Under the pieces are notes generated by a model. It was not told where the DNA came from. It ran no database searches and worked only from the letters and a program-made list of their open reading frames with translations. Made by a program: the position numbers and the translations under genes. Shown piece by piece: positions 60,594 through 64,000 of a stretch of 64,000 bases of DNA. Source of the stretch: a virus (Duplodnaviria > Caudoviricetes); IMG/VR virus record IMGVR_UViG_3300021086_000004, positions 26,732-90,731 of that record. One strand, given 5' to 3'. Numbering within the stretch: the stretch's first letter is position 1; each line of letters begins with the position of its first letter.

Positions 60594-61258
60594 TGATCGT
60601 CGGCTACTGGGTCCTGGTGATCGCGCTGATCGTGGGCGGACTCTGGGCATGCGTCACCCTCGCCATGTGGCCCGAACGCCTGTCGGGCCAGCAGCAGGAC
60701 GCCCGACCGGGGATGGACCTGCATGACCGGGCGTTGCCGCAGCTCCGTGCGATGGCCGTCGACAATCCCCGGCTCGGCGCGCTGCTGGACGAGGTCGACC
60801 GCGGCCGGGAACGGCAACGGCAGCGTGAGGCCGGTAGTGAACCGGATGGGCGGTTCGGGCCGGGCTGGCTGGACCACATGACCGCAGACCGCACCAGCCT
60901 GCTGGCGCACTGCCAGCCAGCGACCGCCGCCGACCTGATCGGCCCCGCCCGTGCGCACCTCGCCGCAGGGCGCCCGCTGGAGGCCGGCCCCGAGGAATGG
61001 AATGTGCTGACCGGTCACCCCGGCCGCTTTCCCAGCCTGTACGGCGCTACGTCGGTATGCGTGTTCATCCCGGCAGGCCTGCCGGTGATTCCGGCGGACA
61101 TCCCGCGCACGTTCCACGGCGGGGCCGGGCACTCGACGTTCTGGTTCGAACGCGACGGCGTGGTGGTCGGGAACCAATGGACGCCACTGAGGTTGCCCGC
61201 CGATGTCGTGGCGCCCCTGGGCCTGGCGCCTACGGCGCCAGGGGAGAGGGACCGATGA
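60590..61258 (+). CDS. Membrane-anchored hypothetical protein
   Basis: N-terminal TM; GGAGGAG RBS; coupled. Confidence 0.6.
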   Translation: MMIVGYWVLVIALIVGGLWACVTLAMWPERLSGQQQDARPGMDLHDRALPQLRAMAVDNPRLGALLDEVDRGRERQRQREAGSEPDGRFGPGWLDHMTADRTSLLAHCQPATAADLIGPARAHLAAGRPLEAGPEEWNVLTGHPGRFPSLYGATSVCVFIPAGLPVIPADIPRTFHGGAGHSTFWFERDGVVVGNQWTPLRLPADVVAPLGLAPTAPGERDR

Positions 61259-61530
61259 CCGCCTTCGGATACGACGGAGACCTGCCCGAGACCGAACTGA
61301 CCTGCGTCGAGTACGCGCGGCTGTGGCAGGCGCTGAACGGCGCACCCCGCGGCCTCGACCAGGGCCGGCTCAGGGTCCACTCGTCGTACACCGACGAGAG
61401 GGAGATGCGGACCGCGTGGGGATTCGCCGACCAAGACTTCCCGGCGGTGGCGGAGTGGTCGCGGGATGGCCAGCCTTGCCGGCACTGGCTGTTCGCGGCG
61501 CCACGGGACGTGGCGGAGGTGTCCCGGTGA
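61255..61530 (+). CDS. Hypothetical protein
   Basis: ATGA-coupled. Confidence 0.65.
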   Translation: MTAFGYDGDLPETELTCVEYARLWQALNGAPRGLDQGRLRVHSSYTDEREMRTAWGFADQDFPAVAEWSRDGQPCRHWLFAAPRDVAEVSR

Positions 61531-62114
61531 CCGCCCGCCTGGCCCCGCAGTGGGCTACCGCGCGCACCCTGGCTGACCTCGGTGGACTCGTCGCGCAGTG
61601 GCTCGAAGGGACCGTCCTCACCCAGCCCGGCTACCACGGCGGACCCGACGAAGAGACCGCGGAGTTGGTGCCGATCCTGGCCGCGGCGAACCGCGCCGGG
61701 TACGTCACCTACACCTCCCAGCCCGGGTTCGACGGCGACGGCTACAACGGCGAGCAGTGGCAGCAACGTCCCGCTGTCGAGGGGCTGGCCGCCGCCGAGC
61801 GGGACGCGGTCCGGCTGGTACGGGCTGCGGAGGCCGCCGGCCTGCGGGCCGTCGCCCAGCGCGCGTCGCGGTGGCGGTGCCGGCAGGAAACGGCGGTCAC
61901 GGTGACACGGAGCGGGTGGTCCGGCTCGGTGACGTGGCTGCCGCGGACTGGGTTCGGCGTGAGGCTGTCCCGCCGTGAACTGGCGTCCATGTACGACGGA
62001 TGCTCTCGGGACGCTGTGCGTGCCGTGCAGGCGGCGTGGCAGGTCACGCTGGTCGACCCGGAGTGGGGGCCGGGCGGGCGGCTGTGGGACATGCTCGACG
62101 GGTGGGCTCGATGA
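61527..62114 (+). CDS. DUF6919-like phage protein
   Basis: ARTLADLGGLVAQWLEG..QPGY..PDEET..NRAGYVTYTSQPG. Confidence 0.7.
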   Translation: MTARLAPQWATARTLADLGGLVAQWLEGTVLTQPGYHGGPDEETAELVPILAAANRAGYVTYTSQPGFDGDGYNGEQWQQRPAVEGLAAAERDAVRLVRAAEAAGLRAVAQRASRWRCRQETAVTVTRSGWSGSVTWLPRTGFGVRLSRRELASMYDGCSRDAVRAVQAAWQVTLVDPEWGPGGRLWDMLDGWAR

Positions 62115-62269
62115 CCGCCCCGGCGTCGCCTCAGCGGGTGATGGCCGACGAGCTACCCGGGACGGCGGATCAGACGTGGGAGGCCGCAGGCCGCCAGTTG
62201 GCCGCCCTCGCCGACCACGGCTACGCGGTCGTGTCCACGGTCGAACCAGACGACGAGGAGCAGGCATGA
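62111..62269 (+). CDS. Hypothetical protein
   Basis: ATGA-coupled. Confidence 0.55.
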   Translation: MTAPASPQRVMADELPGTADQTWEAAGRQLAALADHGYAVVSTVEPDDEEQA

Positions 62270-62544
62270 GCGCGAACTTCCAGATCACCGGCCCATCCAC
62301 CGTCACCTTGCTACCCGCCGGTGTCCGCCTGATCTACACCGACATTGACGGCGACTCGATCTACGTCGCCCGGTCCGACTCGGGTGAGTGGCCGCCCGCG
62401 TTGCACATCGGCCAGCCCGACGCCACGCAGGCCGTGCTGATGCCCACCGACCCGGCTGAGCTCGACGCGCTCCTAGCCGCCATCCGCGACGCCGTCCTCG
62501 AAGCCGCCGACGGTCCGCCGGTCGTCGGATCGGTCGGTGACTGA
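62266..62544 (+). CDS. Hypothetical protein
   Basis: ATGA-coupled; GAGGAG RBS. Confidence 0.6.
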   Translation: MSANFQITGPSTVTLLPAGVRLIYTDIDGDSIYVARSDSGEWPPALHIGQPDATQAVLMPTDPAELDALLAAIRDAVLEAADGPPVVGSVGD

Positions 62545-63007
62545 CATGGGCAACTGGCGGACCGTCAACGTGGTCGGCAGCGTCGCCCCGGCGGAGGTGC
62601 CTGCGCTGCGGGCGAGGCTGACCTACGACATGCACGGGGACGACTGGGGCGGGTTCGGGCCGCTGTCGTTCGACCCGGCCACGCCCGGCTTGTGCGCCCT
62701 GGGCGACTGGGTGCGGCCGGTCGTGTCGGCGTGCGGGAACCTCGCGGAGCGTGACTACAGCGTGGCGGACGTCGCCGAGGTGCTGGCCGAACTGGCCCAA
62801 CTGGCTCCGTCGCTGCGGCTCAAGGTCCACTGCGGGGACGACTTCGAGTCGACCGCGTGCGTGGCGACGATCACCGTGGGCGGCGGCGGGGTCGCGGTTG
62901 GGCCGCCGGAGGTCGCCGAGGTACGCCCGGCGGGCGAGGGGCAGGTGCTGGCCCGGTTCGCCGGCTACCTCGCCGGCCAGTACGGCCAGCGGGGACGGCG
63001 GCCGTGA
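62537..63007 (+). CDS. Hypothetical phage protein
   Basis: MGNWRTVNVVG..LCALGDW (alternative start 62546). Confidence 0.7.
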   Translation: MTDMGNWRTVNVVGSVAPAEVPALRARLTYDMHGDDWGGFGPLSFDPATPGLCALGDWVRPVVSACGNLAERDYSVADVAEVLAELAQLAPSLRLKVHCGDDFESTACVATITVGGGGVAVGPPEVAEVRPAGEGQVLARFAGYLAGQYGQRGRRP

Positions 63008-63423
63008 GCGACACCTGGACCAAAGGCCAAGCGCAGCACCTATACGCGCTCGTCTACGACGACCTGCACCTGTGTGGCTGCGGCCAGCCCGACGCGGCCA
63101 TCGACCTGATCCGGCGGCTGCTCAACCTGGCCCCGTTCTATGACGACCCGGCCGCGGTGGACGCAGAGTTCGGGGGCAACGCGGGGGCGAAGCACATCGT
63201 CCTCAGCGTGCTGGACGACGCGGGTCTGATCGAACACGGCGGGTCGATCACGTCGTCGTGGCCGACCGCGAAGGGCCGCGCGGTCCGGCGGCTCCTGACC
63301 ATGGCATCGACCGCTTCGGTCGATGACCTGCTGGCCGGGGTGGGCTACCCGCACAACGGCGAGCACTGCCCCGGCGAATGCTGGGCGGCGTGGGCACCAC
63401 CGGAGGTGGACGGCGATGACTGA
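63004..63423 (+). CDS. Hypothetical phage protein
   Basis: LCGCGQP, LIEHGGSI; GTGA-coupled. Confidence 0.7.
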   Translation: MSDTWTKGQAQHLYALVYDDLHLCGCGQPDAAIDLIRRLLNLAPFYDDPAAVDAEFGGNAGAKHIVLSVLDDAGLIEHGGSITSSWPTAKGRAVRRLLTMASTASVDDLLAGVGYPHNGEHCPGECWAAWAPPEVDGDD

Positions 63424-63607
63424 CGACAGCCGACGACGGGGCAGCACCCGGCATATCGGAGGCAGCTACGCGGCCCTTGAGTTCATCCCCGGCCATGATC
63501 CGGCGCCGACGGCTGAGGAGCAGGCGGCGCAGCGAGCCGAGGGCTACGAACGGCTGGAGAGGTTGAGGCGGGCGGCGGCAAGCCTGAACGGGAGAGGGTG
63601 GATGTGA
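63416..63607 (+). CDS. Hypothetical protein
   Basis: GGAGGTGG RBS; overlaps neighbours. Confidence 0.5.
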   Translation: MTDDSRRRGSTRHIGGSYAALEFIPGHDPAPTAEEQAAQRAEGYERLERLRRAAASLNGRGWM

Positions 63608-63909
63608 TGGACGGCGTGGCGCTGACGGGCGCGGTGATCTTCCTGGCCGGGACGGTGTTCGGAGCCGGCCTCCGCAGCCTCCCGCCGCGACGACGCCAGC
63701 CCGCCGCAGTCCGGCCGGAGTGCCAGTGCGGTCATCCCCGTGCACTCCACGACCGGGCCACCGATCAATGCCACTCGCTCGCCTACGTCAGGGGCACGAC
63801 CAGCAAGTCGGCCCATCACGCCCCGTGCCGGTGCCGGCAGTACGTCGGCCCGGAGCCGCTACCGTCGGTGTTCTCGACTGGCATCGAGCTACCCCGAGGG
63901 GAGGCCTGA
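63598..63909 (+). CDS. Membrane-anchored Cys/His-rich protein
   Basis: N-terminal TM; CQCGH..H..C..CRCRQY. Confidence 0.65.
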   Translation: MDVMDGVALTGAVIFLAGTVFGAGLRSLPPRRRQPAAVRPECQCGHPRALHDRATDQCHSLAYVRGTTSKSAHHAPCRCRQYVGPEPLPSVFSTGIELPRGEA

Positions 63910-63910
63910 C

Positions 63911-64000
63911 ATGGGTACACGGAGATTCGTCCGGCTCGACCACCGCGTCGCGACCACGGTCCTGGCTGATGTGACACCCGCCGCGGCCGTCGGCCACCGC
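63911..64000 (+). CDS. Hypothetical protein, 5' part (runs off window)
   Basis: GGAGG RBS, ATG 63911. Confidence 0.5.
   Translation, partial: MGTRRFVRLDHRVATTVLADVTPAAAVGHR

Larger units (their letters stand above)
1..64000. mobile_element. Actinobacterial prophage / temperate phage (partial; extends beyond both ends)
   Basis: Capsid, protease, portal, TerL/TerS, RecE/RecT-like and methylase genes plus dense coupled small ORFs across the window; genes truncated at both edges. Confidence 0.95.

Noticed and set aside
1-64000. tRNA, rRNA, IS transposase, holin/endolysin, tape measure
   Set aside because: No cloverleaf, DDE transposase or lysin motifs recognised by eye; tail and lysis genes probably lie left of the window. 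tRNAscan-SE would be needed to exclude tRNAs fully

Overview
The whole window is part of a large high-GC actinobacterial prophage or temperate phage. The TraB-type module suggests a mycelial host such as Frankia, Streptomyces or Micromonospora; this is inference. Layout: (1) 1-14.9 kb, minus strand: head and packaging genes (connector, fibre-like protein, decoration proteins, HK97-type major capsid, ClpP-type protease, portal fused to a MuF-like domain, TerL, TerS). About 4.6 kb of non-structural genes, including an XRE gene and a replication-initiator-like gene with iteron-like repeats, sit between terL and portal. (2) 15-41.6 kb, minus strand: a long chain of mostly ATGA/GTGA-coupled genes (DEDDh exonuclease, C5 methyltransferase, AAA_28 kinase, ASCH, Mom-like protein, VRR-NUC, DUF1643, RecT-like, RecE-like, RNA ligase, DUF4326, Gp37/Gp68), punctuated by small ribbon-helix-helix genes with leaderless promoters. 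(3) 41.6-46.2 kb: a plus-strand block that starts at a palindromic back-to-back promoter pair and ends with Dam methylase and a terminator. (4) 46.2-50.8 kb, minus strand: SLOG/DUF2493, a second (frameshifted) replication-initiator-like gene, DUF397 and GntR. (5) 50.9-58.3 kb, plus strand: an AICE/plasmid-like transfer operon (DUF3307, membrane-anchored GIY-YIG nuclease, Spd-like membrane proteins, split TraB/FtsK, DUF2637-like gene carrying a frame-independent GAGCC repeat array). (6) 58.3-64 kb: further small phage-type genes. I found no integrase, RepSA, tRNA or CRISPR in the window. The top candidate for a novel system is a prophage carrying its own TraB transfer module with a putative clt site. 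Family assignments come from motif recognition and memory, not database searches. Many start codons were re-picked from the ORF track using stop/start overlaps.
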